A DNA stretch of 63,999 bases, counting the filler, from Reclinomonas americana ATCC 50394 (lineage: Eukaryota): the NCBI GenBank assembly GCA_048213135.1. It is 7 parts of 5 records of this genome, joined end to end, with 100 filler letters (N's around TTAATTAATTAA, not from the genome) between each part and the next. Parts side by side here need not be neighbours in the genome. Positions count along the whole stretch, not along the records: positions 31,094 to 44,263 come from PS015857.1; positions 44,364 to 53,746 come from PS015857.1; 5 more parts are not named here. The stretch is one strand, 5' to 3'. A model generated the notes under the pieces. It worked only from the letters and a program-made list of their open reading frames with translations. It was not told the DNA's origin and made no database searches. Of the stretch, positions 38,001 through 49,928 are shown in pieces. Position numbers and translations under genes: made by a program. The first letter of the stretch is position 1. The number at the start of each line of letters is the position of its first letter.

Positions 38001-41000
38001 AGGGCCAGGTGGAGCGCCTGACCAAGGAGTTGGAGGGTGCACGCCGCGAGGCCGAGCAGGCCCGCAAGCAGCTGGCCGAGGCCACTCGCAAGCACAATGC
38101 GGAGCGCGAGGCGCTGACGCAGGACCTCAACAATGTGCGCCGTCAGTTGAAGGCCACGGAGGAGGAGTTGGGCCAGCAGGTGTCGGCGTTGCAGGCGCGT
38201 GGCGACGCGCTGCAAAAGGAGCGCGACGAGTTGGCGGCCGCCCTGACGCAGTCGCAACGCCGCGCCGCCGATGCGGAGCGTGACCGCGATCAGCACCTGA
38301 AGAACCTCACCGACGTGACGGCCGACCGCAACCAGCTCAACACGGAACTCGAGCTGCTGCGCAGCCGCCTCGCTTCGACGGAGAAGGAGCGTGAGCGCCT
38401 GAAGGAGGAGAACGACGCGCAGGCTGGCAAGCTGCGCGATCTGGAGACGGAGGTGCGCCGCCTGGCGTCCGACCTCAACGTCAGCCAGTCGCACGCCGAG
38501 AGCCTCGCCGTGCAGAAGAATGCGCTGGAGCAGGACGTGGACCAGTTGCGCAAGCGTGTGACGGTGGCCGAGATGCAGCGTGCGGTGGCGCAGACGGAGC
38601 GACGCCGTCTGGAGGCCGAGGTGGCACGCCTGCAAAAGCAGGTGGAGCTGTGCAAGGTGGAGAACAAGGACTTGGCCGATGCCCGCGACAAGCTGGCGGT
38701 GGCGCTGCGCAACGCCGAGAACGAGGCGGCCCGTCTGAAGAACGAGCTCGACCAGTTGGCCCGCAGCCACGAGGACGTGTCGCGTCGCCTGCAGGAGACG
38801 CGCTCGGATTTGGACCACGTGACCAACGACCGCGACAAGATCAAGCAGGCGCTGTTCGAGGCTCGCCAGCTGTACGAGCAGGCGTCGACGGAGCGTGCGC
38901 AGGTGCGCGCCGACAAGGCCAAGCTGCAGGAGCGCTACGACGAGTTGGCGCACCAGAAGGCCAAGCAGGAGTCGGACTTTGCGGAGCGCGAGCGCAACCT
39001 CATTGCGCAGATTCGCGAGCTGGAGGCACGCGCGGTGGGCGCCGAGCTGGAGCGTGATGCGCTGTCGGCCCGTCTGCGCACCGAGTTGGAGCGCTACAAG
39101 GAGCTGGAGGCGGCTCACCGCAAGGCGTCTGCCGACCTGCGTGACGCGCAGGACGAGATTGCCGAGCTGAAGAAGCGCCTGCAGATGGCGTTGGAGATGA
39201 TTGACCAGCTGGAGGCTCGTTTGGGTCAGCTGGAGAACGATCTGGCCAAGCTGGAGGCCGAGCGTGCGGCGCTGCAGGCGGATCGCGACCGCATCAAGGC
39301 CGACCGCGACGAGTTGCTGCGCCGTGTGGCCGAGTTGCAGTCGGCACTGGAGCGTGAGCGTGGTGCGCTGACGGCGCAGGGCCGTGAGCAGCAGGCGCGC
39401 CGCAAGGCGTGGGCCGACGAGCGTGACGCGCTGACGCGTGATCGCGACCGCCTCGCCGACCTGTTGGAGCAGGAGGGTGCGCGCAACAAGGACCTGCAGG
39501 ACCGCCTGGCGGATTTGCAGCAAAAGCTGGACGCCAAGAAGGGCGAGAACGATCGCCTGCAGGAGCTGTTGGCCGGCCTGCGCAACGAGTTGGCCGCCGC
39601 CCGCAACAAGGCCGCCGCCGATGGCGACGCGTGGAACGCGGAGCGTGAGCGTCTGCTGGCGCAGATTCGCGACTTGGAGAAGAAGGTCGGCGACTTGGAG
39701 ACGGACCGCGCGCACTCGCGCGTGCAGTTGCAGGAGAAGACCACGGCGCACTCGGCGGTGTCGAACTTGCTCAACAGTCTCAAGACGCACAATGAGAACT
39801 CGACTCGCGAGCTGAAGGATCGCCTGGCGCAGTTGGAGGCGGAGAACGTGAGTGGGGGGAAGGGAGAAGGGGGATGAAAGGAGAAGGGATAGAAATGGAG
39901 AAGGGATAGAAATGGAGAAGGGATAGGGGAAGTAGAGAGAAGGGGAAGGGGAGGGAGAAGGTGAGAGTGGTCGGAGAAGTTGAGAATGGATAAGGTGACT
40001 TGTGAGGAGGGGAGTAAGAAAGGGAAGGGAGTGAATGAGTGGGAATGCAGAGAATGGAAGAGGTGGAGACGAGAGGAAGTGTGGGAAGAAAAAAGGAGAG
40101 AAGGAAAAGGAGCGAGTGAGTGGTGATGCTTAGAATGGAAGAGTGAGGTGGGGAAATAGAGAAGGAAGGGGAGAGAATGGAGAAGTGAGGTGGACAATGA
40201 GAACAAAAGGGAATGAATGAGTGAGGATGCAGAGCATGGGAATGAGGTGGAGACGAGAGGAAAATGTGGGAAGGAGAAGTGGAAATAAGAGGAGGAGAGA
40301 AAGGGAATGGAGGAAAGCAGGAAAAGGAGTGAGTGAGTGGGGTTGCAGAGAATGAAAGAGTGAGATTGAGTTTAAAGGAAATGTGGAAGGGAAGTTGAAA
40401 TAAGAGGAGAGAGAAAGGGAAGAGAGAAGGAAAGGAGTGAGTGAATGGTTAAGGGCGAAGGGAAAAAAAGAGTTGTTGAATTGAGTGGGAGTGAGTGGAG
40501 AAGGACTCGAACTTGCGCAAAGTGGGGAGGTGGAGTGAGGGTGAGAGATGGAAATTCTTCATTGATTCCTCGTTGCTCACTTCCCATCTCCTTCCCTCAT
40601 CAGGCGGCCCTGAAGGATCGCGTCGCCCAACTGGAGAGCGAGGTGGATCGCCTGCAGCAGCTGGCTCGCCAGCTGGAGCAGCAAAAGGTGGCGGCGGAGC
40701 AGCAGCGTGACTTGGCGGCGGCGGAGCGTGATCGCGTGCGTGGCGAGAACGCGGCGCTGCTGGAGAAGCTGCGTCTGCTGAATGCCGAGCTGGAGAAGGT
40801 CAAGGCCGAGAACGCCCACCTGCGAGTGGACGTGCGCGACCGCGACAACCGCATTGCGCAGCTGGAGGCTGAGCTGGCCGAGGCCCACAAGGTGCACGCG
40901 GCCCAGGTGGCCGATTTGACCAACCAGCGCAACCGCCTCAGCGCCGAGGTCACCAACCTGCAAAAGGAGCTCTCGTCGGTGAAGCAGGACCGCTCGGAGA

Positions 41001-42259
41001 TGACGGACCGCATCCAGTCGCTGTGCGACGAGGTCAAGCACGTCACCGACTTGCGCGATGTGGCGCTGAGCGACGCCGGCAAGGCGAAGCGTGAGCACGA
41101 CGCCGAGCTGGCTCGTGCCCGTGCCGCCCGTGACGAGGCCGTGGCCGAGCTGGCCAACGTGCGCCACAACCTGGAGCGCGAGTTGGCCGAGGCCAACGAG
41201 GAGATTGGCCGGCTGAAGGCGCTGCTGGATCGTGCCGAGAAGAACCGCCCGAACCCGAACCGCGACCTGGAGGCGCAGTTGCAGGAGGCCAACCGCCAAC
41301 TGCAGGCCGGCAAGGACGACAGCGATGCTCTGCGCCGCCGTGTGGTGGCACTGGAGCGCGAGAACGAGTCGACTCGTGCGGCGTTGGAGGAGGGCCGCGG
41401 ACACCACACTCGCCTGCGCGAGGAGCTGCAGAAGGCGTTGAACGAGACGGCGCAGTTGGCGGACGAGCGCAACGCGCTGCGCCAGCAGCTCGAGACGGCC
41501 GACACGCACGGTCGCAAGATCCAAGCCACCGAGCTCAGTGCCGTGGCCCGTGTGCTCGGCTTCTCACGTGGCCCGGCGGTGACGGAGACGTTTGTGCGCA
41601 GCACAACGACGACGACTCATCACGTGCCGGCGGCGGTGGTTGACGACGCCGAGCTGAATGCTGATTTGGACGGCGATTCGGACCGCGAGGACGAGGAGAA
41701 ACTGCGTCGTGTGGAGAAGACGATTGCGGAGGCTCCGGTGTCGACGACGACGACCACCACTACCACCACGGCGACCACCACCATTGCGGCGGTGGCCACG
41801 AACGGACACTCGCCCGACGATGCCAGCAGCCCGCGGTCGACGCACTCGGCGCACTCGGCGCACTCAGGGGTGAGTCGAGGGAGAGGGTAGAGGGAGAAGG
41901 AGAAGGGATGGAGAGGGAGAAGTGAGAGGGAGAAGTTAGAAATGAGAGAATATGTGAGAATGTTGGAGAGAGGAAATGTGTGGGCCGAGTGATAGTATCG
42001 AGTTAAGCAATTCACTGCTGCTCCCCTTTCCCTCACTTTTCTCTGTGCCCCCATTTCCCAGTCTGGTGGCATCCTCAGCTCTCGCCTGCCGGGAACACCG
42101 ACGATTGAGAAGCCTGCACCGGCGGCGGCCACTGCTGCGGCTGCGGCAGCGGGTGACGAAGGCGCTGGTGACGACGAGGGTGAGGAGGGTGGCGCGGGCC
42201 CCGCTGCAGGCAGCACGCCCAAGAAGAAGCGCAACAACCGCCGTCGTGGACGCAACTAA
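22852..42259 (+). CDS. Giant coiled-coil protein (~3,375 aa; rootletin/C-Nap1-like in character). 16 exons: 22852-22926, 23123-23275, 25203-25283, 25358-25447, 25534-25718, 27705-27840, 27912-28055, 28651-28845, 28911-29504, 29579-30379, 32531-32908, 32980-33753, 33845-34693, 35639-39847, 40604-41869, 42062-42259
   Basis: All junctions are GT-AG and phase-compatible, giving one continuous ORF with thousands of residues of heptad E/R/L/A/Q/K sequence. Extra exons could be hidden in the gaps at 26307-27196 and ~30994-31093. Confidence 0.8.
31955..32062. repeat. Compound (TTC)n-(TC)n microsatellite
   Basis: Direct reading. Confidence 0.9.
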
Positions 42260-42549
42260 GCGTTGACGCTAGAGAAGTGAGTTAGTGAGTGAGTGAGAGA
42301 GAGAAAATATCAGTGTTCGTGCATGTATTTTTGTGTGTGTCTGTGTCCTTTTTCCCCCCGGTGGTTTTGCTCGTCTTGCATACCTCTTCCTTGTCTTTTT
42401 TTATTGGGCAATGTGCGGGGAGAGAGAACGAGAAGCGAATGTAAGGCGAAGTGGGTAAGCGATGAGTGGGAAAGGGTGAGGGAGAGGGAGAGGGAGAGGG
42501 AAAGGGAAAGCAAAGCACTGCATCGCACGGCCACTGTGTGCCGTGCAGC

Positions 42550-42945
42550 AACTGGTGTACACGTCTGCGTCGTTGCCACTGGGTGTCCACATCTGTGTCG
42601 CTGCCACTTCATGTCCACGTCTGTGTCGTTGCCTCTGGCGTTCTCGTCTGTACTGTTGTCTGTCACTGGATGTCCATGTCTGTGTCGTTGCCACTGGTGT
42701 CCACTTTTGTGTTGTTGTCACTGGTGTCCACTTTTGTGTTGTTGTCACTTGATGTTCAAGTCTGTGCCGTAGCCGCTGATGTCCACAACTGTATCGTTGC
42801 CACTTCATGTCCACGACTGTGTCGTTGCCACTTCACGTCCACGTCTGTGTCGTTGCCACTTCATGTCCACTCCATGTCCACGACTGTGTCGTTGCCACTT
42901 CATGTCCACGACTGTATCGTTGCCACTTCATGTCCACGACTTTGT
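42550..42945. repeat. Minisatellite, ~28 bp unit GTGTCGTTGCCACTTCATGTCCACGACT, downstream of the giant coiled-coil gene
   Basis: About a dozen contiguous degenerate copies with no unique spacers. Confidence 0.85.
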
Positions 42946-43442
42946 CGCCTGTTTGCAGTCTGTGCCATGCAGACTATGCTGCCCACACAGAATACCGATG
43001 TAGCTTTCGACCTGTTCTCATCCTGAGCAACGTAAAAACGCAACAAAGAATGCCATGTTGTGCCAACTAAGTGTTTCATTCATCACTCATCTCTCGAGTA
43101 ACAGCAGTCGGCAGACTCTCTGATGGAGTTGTCGCGGCAGTCACCGGTTCGTTCGAGTAACCGCACTTGGCACTCTCACCGGTCGTGCAAAGCCTATCTC
43201 GAATCACTGCACACATCGAGTCGTGTCAGCAACACTTGCACGGCAGAGCGCCCGCATACAGAGAGAGGCAGAACGAGAGAGTGAACAACAATCAGTAAAG
43301 AGTTTGTCGTCATGATCCGCTGCCCCCATAATGTCGCTGGCGAGCGACGGGTTAACAGAGACTCGGACGCAAATTACAGCATCACTTTGTTGACACGAAA
43401 ACCACGCACAGAAAGTCCCTCTCTCCCCGGAAAAAAACTCAC

Positions 43443-44129
43443 CTCTGGATGAAGTCGGCTTTAGCGATGTGTTTTCATCGCAAACGGTGCAGGGATGTCC
43501 AGTTCACCTGCACACACACCACATTCTCCAGTCAGCGCATGCCAACACACTCTTCTCGTTGTGCACGACACATACGCAAGAGCTCAGATGCTCACGGTCT
43601 CAACACCATGTGATTAAAATATTTCTACGGTCTTCAATCTTCTGATCGGGCTTGGAGCAAAACATCTCATCATAGCTCACGTATACAGAGGTCATACACA
43701 CTCGTGTGTGTGAGTTTGTGACTCACCTCAGGGCGCACAAGTCATCGTGGCGGTGATGTTCATGTTCTTGTCATCATCACGAGCGATAGGAATTCTGTGC
43801 AGCAGCACAAATGGGGTGAGGAAGTGACGGAGGGAGATCGAGGACGTCGTTTCAAGAAGGAATGCATGCAGAGAGGCAGAGGCACTTCGAGCGAGGGAGC
43901 GACAGAGAGACACGAACAATGCAGCAACTGAGACGTACAAGCCTCGCCACGAACAGAGAAGAGAAGCAGAGGCTGCAAAGAAGCACAATGAAATCATGCA
44001 GAGTAAGAGAGAGTCACGAAGGCGCAACAGCAGAACTGCAGCATGCAAGTCGTGTTTCAAGCAGCGAAGCAGAGAGAGGGACAAAGGAGAAGCAACAACG
44101 AGACTAGCATGAATTGCTTCATGCAAGAG

Positions 44130-44170
<41 letters not shown>

Positions 44171-44363
44171 CAGAGAAGTACAAGAGAACCGACGATAGAA
44201 CTGCAGCATGACAAGTCGTACAATAGAAAGTGTGCAGAGAGAAGGACAAAGGAGAACGAAACANNNNNNNNNNNNNNNNNNNNNNNNNNNNNNNNNNNNN
44301 NNNNNNNTTAATTAATTAANNNNNNNNNNNNNNNNNNNNNNNNNNNNNNNNNNNNNNNNNNNN

Positions 44364-44413
<50 letters not shown>

Positions 44414-45371
44414 AAGTCAAGAGAACCGCGATAGAACTGCAGCATGCAAGTCGTCAATGAAAGTGTGCAGAGAGAAGGGCAAAGGAGACGAAACAACGAG
44501 ACTTGCACGTCTTGTTGCACAAAGGGAAGTGAGACAGAGAGAGAGAGAGTCACAATGCACAGCAGCAGAACTGCGACATGCAAGTCGTACGTTGAGTGAG
44601 GCACGTCCAGAGAGAGAGAATGCAAACGAAACACACACGAGAAAGAGAGTGCACAGAGTCAGAGTGCGCAACCCTCGTCTCTCGACTACTGCACACAATG
44701 CGCCCAGATGGAGGAAGAAAGTGAAGCAAAGGCGACATGTGCATGTGCACATGTGCCACGCAACAAAAAACACACACAGAAAGAGAAGCGAGGATCAGTC
44801 AACTGATTTTGACATCATGTGCAGTCGCCGCACAACCCCCACACTCAGAACGATGTGAGCGGCAAAAAAAGAACACCTCTTTCTCCCTTTTTCTTGCAAA
44901 AAAGAAAGAAAGAAGTGTGTTTCTTTGCTGGAAGGCGACAGATAGCGTGCAGACAAATGCCTCAGATATCATCATTTCCTCTTTCACACACAAGAGACAG
45001 AGAGAAAAAGAGAGCAGGAAGTGCGCCTCACCTCTTGGCTCGAAAAATGTTGCAAATGTGCGATTGGCAGTCTGCTGGATGAACCGATCAATTGCTACTG
45101 CTGAGCTCCGGTATGGCTGAGAGCAACGTCCACGCACTCGGCATTCGCATTCATAGGCCGTGTGTGCTATCTGCAGCACGCCAGCGCGACCAGGCAAGCC
45201 CATGGACGTCGAAAAGTCCAGGACAAGTCGCGTTTGCAGCTGTGAAAGCGACAAAATGCTCTCCGATCGCATCCACCACTTATCCACAGTGTCTGCAATA
45301 GTTTCCGCAGTGAATGGCGGGAAAGAAACGATCCACAGACGTTCAAGTTTCCGGACTTGTCCCGCCACCAT
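43443..45371 (-). other. Possible spliced transcript or degenerate gene of unknown function
   Basis: Unique-sequence blocks are bounded by good splice signals (~45030-45290, 43727-43794, 43443-43507). However, the downstream blocks contain stops in all three frames and no domain is recognisable. Confidence 0.25.
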
Positions 45372-45924
45372 TTTCAGACGTTTCGCACGCTACTCTTGTT
45401 CTCTCTCCTCCCTCCCACTGTGCGACGAAGAGAGAGAGAGAAAGAGACAGCTTTTCTGTCTCTCTTTCTCGCGTCTCGTTTGCGTGAATGGGCGACCTCG
45501 AGGGCGATCGCCTATCCATGAGTGATGCGCCTCCCGCTCCTGCTGGGTTTGTCTCTGCACGAGAGAGAACATCAGTCATCAAAGAGTGACACACAGAGAT
45601 TACACAAGCAGGGGTGTTGAAAGAAGAAAGAAAGAAAAAACAGGACGAGACAGGGGAGTTGTCGCGACAAGCAGAGTTGTCGTCTTTCTGTCACACTCTC
45701 TCGAAAACCACTCGCCGGGACCACCCTGAAAACCTCATTCCTTGACCAGACGACACTCAGGTGTGCATGAGAGAGACAGAGAGACACACACACACGAGTT
45801 AGAGAGAGAGAGGCAACACACGGTGATCACTCGCGAGTTGGTGTGAGAGGAATAATATTGCGCGCAAAGGGAATCATTCTCTTCTCTCTCGCTCGCTCGC
45901 AGAGTCGGCGCTGCAGGACTGCTC

Positions 45925-48900
45925 ATGCACTTGGCCTCGTGCGCACGACTGAACATACCTCCTCCTCCTCCGCCACCTCCTCCACCGCCGCCGCCGCCTC
46001 CACTGCATCACCACGAGCATCACTATCATGCGGGAATGATGGTCGAGTATGCGCCTCCTCCTCCGCCACCGCCTCCGCCTCCGCCACCACAGCAGACGCT
46101 GCCTCCGCCAGAGTCGACATCGACTTCGTTGTTTGCGTACACGGGTGAGCCGGCGCATGTGCCGCCGCCGAGTGCGCCGTTGTATTCAAACGGGCATCCG
46201 CCTCCGCCTCCGCCGCCTCCGCCACCGCCACCTCCGTCGCAGGGAATGGTGATGCAGTTGCAGATGTGCGGTGGAGGGAATGGAGTGCCGTCATCGCCGT
46301 GTGCGGAGGATTTGTATGGGCATGGTGGGGTGGGCGACGGGGGGATGGAGGAGGTCGGGGGAAGTGGTGGCAAGTTGCGTTGATGGAGGGGGAGGAAGAG
46401 GGAAGGGAGGAAGGGAAAGGAGAGAAGGGAAGGGCGATGAGGAAGGAGAGAAGAACAATGAGTGACGTTGAGAAGCTGCTGTGGAGAGGGAGGTGGACGG
46501 GAGTGAGAATGAAAGAGAGATCGGCGAGAGACAGAGAGCGATGAGTGCCGTTGAGAGCAGTGATGGAAAGCTGCTGTGGAGAGGGAGGTGAGAGATCGGC
46601 GAGAGAGAGAAAGAGCAATGAGTGACGTTGAGAGCAGTGATGGGCAGCTGCTGTGGAGACGGAGGTAGACGGAAATGAGAACGAGAGAGATTGGTGAGAG
46701 AGAAAGAACAATGAGTGACGTGGAGAGCAGTGACGGTAGGCTGCTGTGGAGAGAGAATGAGTTTGCCAGCGTGCAGAACAGCAGTCGTGCGAGAGTGTAT
46801 GCTGCAGCCTTTCGTTGTTTCTGGGGTGGTGCTATCAGGAAAGAGAATGATCCATCCAGCACATTTCATCTGTCACCTGTTTGTCGGCAAGAGCCAGTTG
46901 CCTGTTCGCCGTGTTGCAATGCGCCTTTTTTCGTCAGGAAGCCATCTTTGTTATCACTGCCTGCAGTCATCATCTTGAGCTTTCCCTCTTGTACTCCCCC
47001 TGTCACTCCTCCTCCCCTTGTCCTTCCTCCCTCCATTGCCCGTGCTCTCTCCCTTGTCCTTTCTCCTCCCCTTGTCCTTTCTCCTCCCTTGTCCATCCTG
47101 CTACCCTTGTCCTTCCTCTCCCACTTGTCCTTCCTCCACCCCCTTGCCCGTCCTCTCCCCCTTGCCCTTCCTCCACCCACCCCTTGTCCCCCCTGCTCAT
47201 CACTGCTGCAGACGCCGCCGCCGCCGCACCTCCCTCGCCTCCGCGTGGCCCGGCGCACCCGAAGTCATCACCGACTCCTCGGTGCGCCTGTTCGCCATTG
47301 ATGGCAACGGGCGCGAGAAGGAGGCCATTCTGTGCGTCAATGGCGCCCTCTCGGTCAAGTATCGCAAGATGGAGCTGCAGACGGGCTCGCAGCAGCTGGT
47401 GGATCTCGTCATTCGCGACAAGGAAACTGGCGATCCGCTGACGGTGCTGGCGGCCCGCTTCCTGCGGCATCCGTTCTTTCAGAGTGTTGCGTGGTGTGCG
47501 TGTGATTCGAGATGAACCTTTTCCCACTCTAATCCTCGCGTGCAGTCGCACAGCTACACGGCGTATGTGTTTCAAAAGTCGCACAACAGTCGACTGCTGC
47601 CCATCACTCGTGTGTTGTGGGCGAGACCGGCTCTGGGCGGAAACACGCAGGTGGGTGTTGCAGTGAGAATGATTTTCATCTCACCCAGCTCTCTCTGATT
47701 CCATTGTCGCACAGGCCGGTTTGGTGGAGCTCCTCGTGCAGAGACCCCACTCACCGCACGGCGGCCCAGCGCAGCCTACCATTCGTCTGGCGGTGCACTT
47801 TGAGCAGAAACCAAATCGTGTGCGCGAGGGAGAGGAGCGACTGAGATTAAGTGGCGGCCAGTGGACGCGACTCACCGACGAACCGTCGGTACTGGCGCGT
47901 GAGCTGGTGGCGGAGGAGGTGCGTGGAATCTGTCTGTTCTCTTTTTTATGTCGAGTATCCGCTGATTGAGGGAAAAACAGGATCTGAAACCAGACGGCGT
48001 GCTTGGCGACCGACCCTCGGAAGACATGAAAGTGCTGACGCGTGACACTCCTTCCGCTTCCGCGGCTCATGCTGTGTCGGCGGATGGCACTCAGATTATG
48101 TGGGCATATCTGGCGTCATTGCAGGTGCCTGAAGGGTGAGAATGAGGGCGAGGACGAGTGCTTCTCTTGCAATGCATTTTGCTCAATGCTCATGGCAGAG
48201 GTGGCATTCCTCCACCGTCGGCAATACCACCTCCGGAGATGACGACGCCACAATCGCAGCCGCCAGTTCCACCACCGCCGCCACCGGTGACTCCGCAATC
48301 GCCTGCAGCCATGGTTGACGTGAAGCATTTGATGAGCGGAATCGCTGCGACTGGTGACGATATGTCGGTCGGCGGTGACATTGGTGGTGGTGGTGGTGGT
48401 GGTGCGATGAGCTGTTTGCAGGCGTCACTGTCGGCGTCGATGATGAATGGGAGTGTGACGGGCAAGCGGTATGTTGACACTGTGGGTGGCAGACTGGTCA
48501 TCGCCAAGGATAACTGACGTCGATGCGGTGTAGGATGCAACCGGAGGATGGCTTTATGGCAGCAATGGATGGCATGCCGGTGTTGCATCGTGAACAGTGC
48601 GTTGTCGAAGATGAGGGGAAGGTTATCTGGAGAGCAACAAAGAGAAGAAGAAGTGTGAGCTGTGTCTCTCACGCTTTTGCTTCTTTGATTTTTCCACGCT
48701 CTCGCTCGGTTTCACTAATGTTCACGGCCACCTGCACTCACTTTTCTTCTGCGTTGTCTTTCATTCGTGTCCATGTCTCACACTTTCATTTTCGTCCAGT
48801 CCCACATTCTGCATCATGATAGTACCTCGTTGCTTCACTTCCTTTCCACTTTCTCCATTGCTCCTTGCAGTCTTTCTCATATACGTTCTCAGTTTCCCCT

Positions 48901-49783
48901 CCATTACTTGTCACCTCTTCGAATGTCATGCTCGTCCTCTCTCACGCTTTCACTTCCTTGATTCTCCAGTCTCTCGTATTCGTCTCTCAGTTTCACCTCT
49001 GTTCACTTGCCACCTTCCCTCGCTCTTCTTCCGCATTGTCTTTCATGTCGAATGTCATTGTCTTTTTCTCACGCTTTCACTCCTTTGAAACTCCAGTGTC
49101 TCCTACGTGTCTCTCAGTTGCACCTCCGTTCAGTTGTCACCTTCCCTCGCTCTACTTCCGCCTTGTTTTGCGTTCTAGTCCAATCCCACATGCCGCATTG
49201 TGATAATTCACGATAGTCGCCCTGGATTCATTCTCTCGCAGTTATGCAGTCTCTCTGACTAGTTTCGCCGAGTTTGTACTCACCACAGTCCCACGCTGAG
49301 TTGCACCTTTCCATGAGTCTCGCTACTATCACTCTTTTTCCCTCCTGCGTACGATCGCCTCTCACTTCATTCTCTCTCCGCCGCTCAGCCGCAATGCACC
49401 GACCATGGGTCTCCCGGTAACGGTGATTCTCGTACCCACCACACAAGACAGTTGCGCCCTCCGTCAGCTGCTTCTCCGTCTCCCAATCGCCCTCACCTCT
49501 TGTCGCAGTGGGCTCGGGTCGCGACGACCGCCTAGTCATGTCGTTGCCGTCACCGCGCGACTTTGTGGCGCAGCTCAACGAGCAGCTGGCGCGAGTGCAG
49601 AGATTACGCGCGCCGTCAGCACTGCCGTGGTTTGTGCTGGCCGATGGCGGCGGTCGCTGTTTCATGATGGATGAGAACGCGGCCGAACTGTTTATTGCTC
49701 GGATGGATAGAGAGAGTCAGCGCGACGACACCGGCTACTGCGTGATGTACATTCACGTCAACAGCTACGCGGTGCCGTCGTGA
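45925..49783 (+). CDS. Protein of unknown function with poly-proline N-terminus (exons include 45925-46373, 47212-47485, 47546-47650, 47715-47918, 47981-48135, 48199-48468, ~48533-48652, 49509-49783)
   Basis: Phase-compatible GT-AG junctions. Three poly-Pro tracts and a KRRRRR basic patch precede globular-looking exons. Stop at 49781-49783. The 3' exon joins are less certain. Confidence 0.6.
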
Positions 49784-49928
49784 GCGCTGCTAGGCAATAA
49801 TGGAGAACAATCAAAGAACAACAACAACAACAACCAGTGTGTGTGTGTGTAACAAAAACAACAACAACAACAATCACTCAATCGCAATAAAGTATGGTAA
49901 TCCTTTCGTTTGGTTGAGCCTCTCGTCA

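Noticed and set aside
35606..39790. 1394-aa antisense ORF (and similar antisense ORFs over other coiled-coil exons)
   Set aside because: This is a shadow of a GC3-rich sense exon whose codon usage avoids TTA/CTA/TCA; there is no independent protein signal.
42550..42945. ~28-bp repeat array superficially like a CRISPR
   Set aside because: The units are contiguous and degenerate with no unique spacers, the context is eukaryotic, and there are no cas genes; it is a minisatellite.
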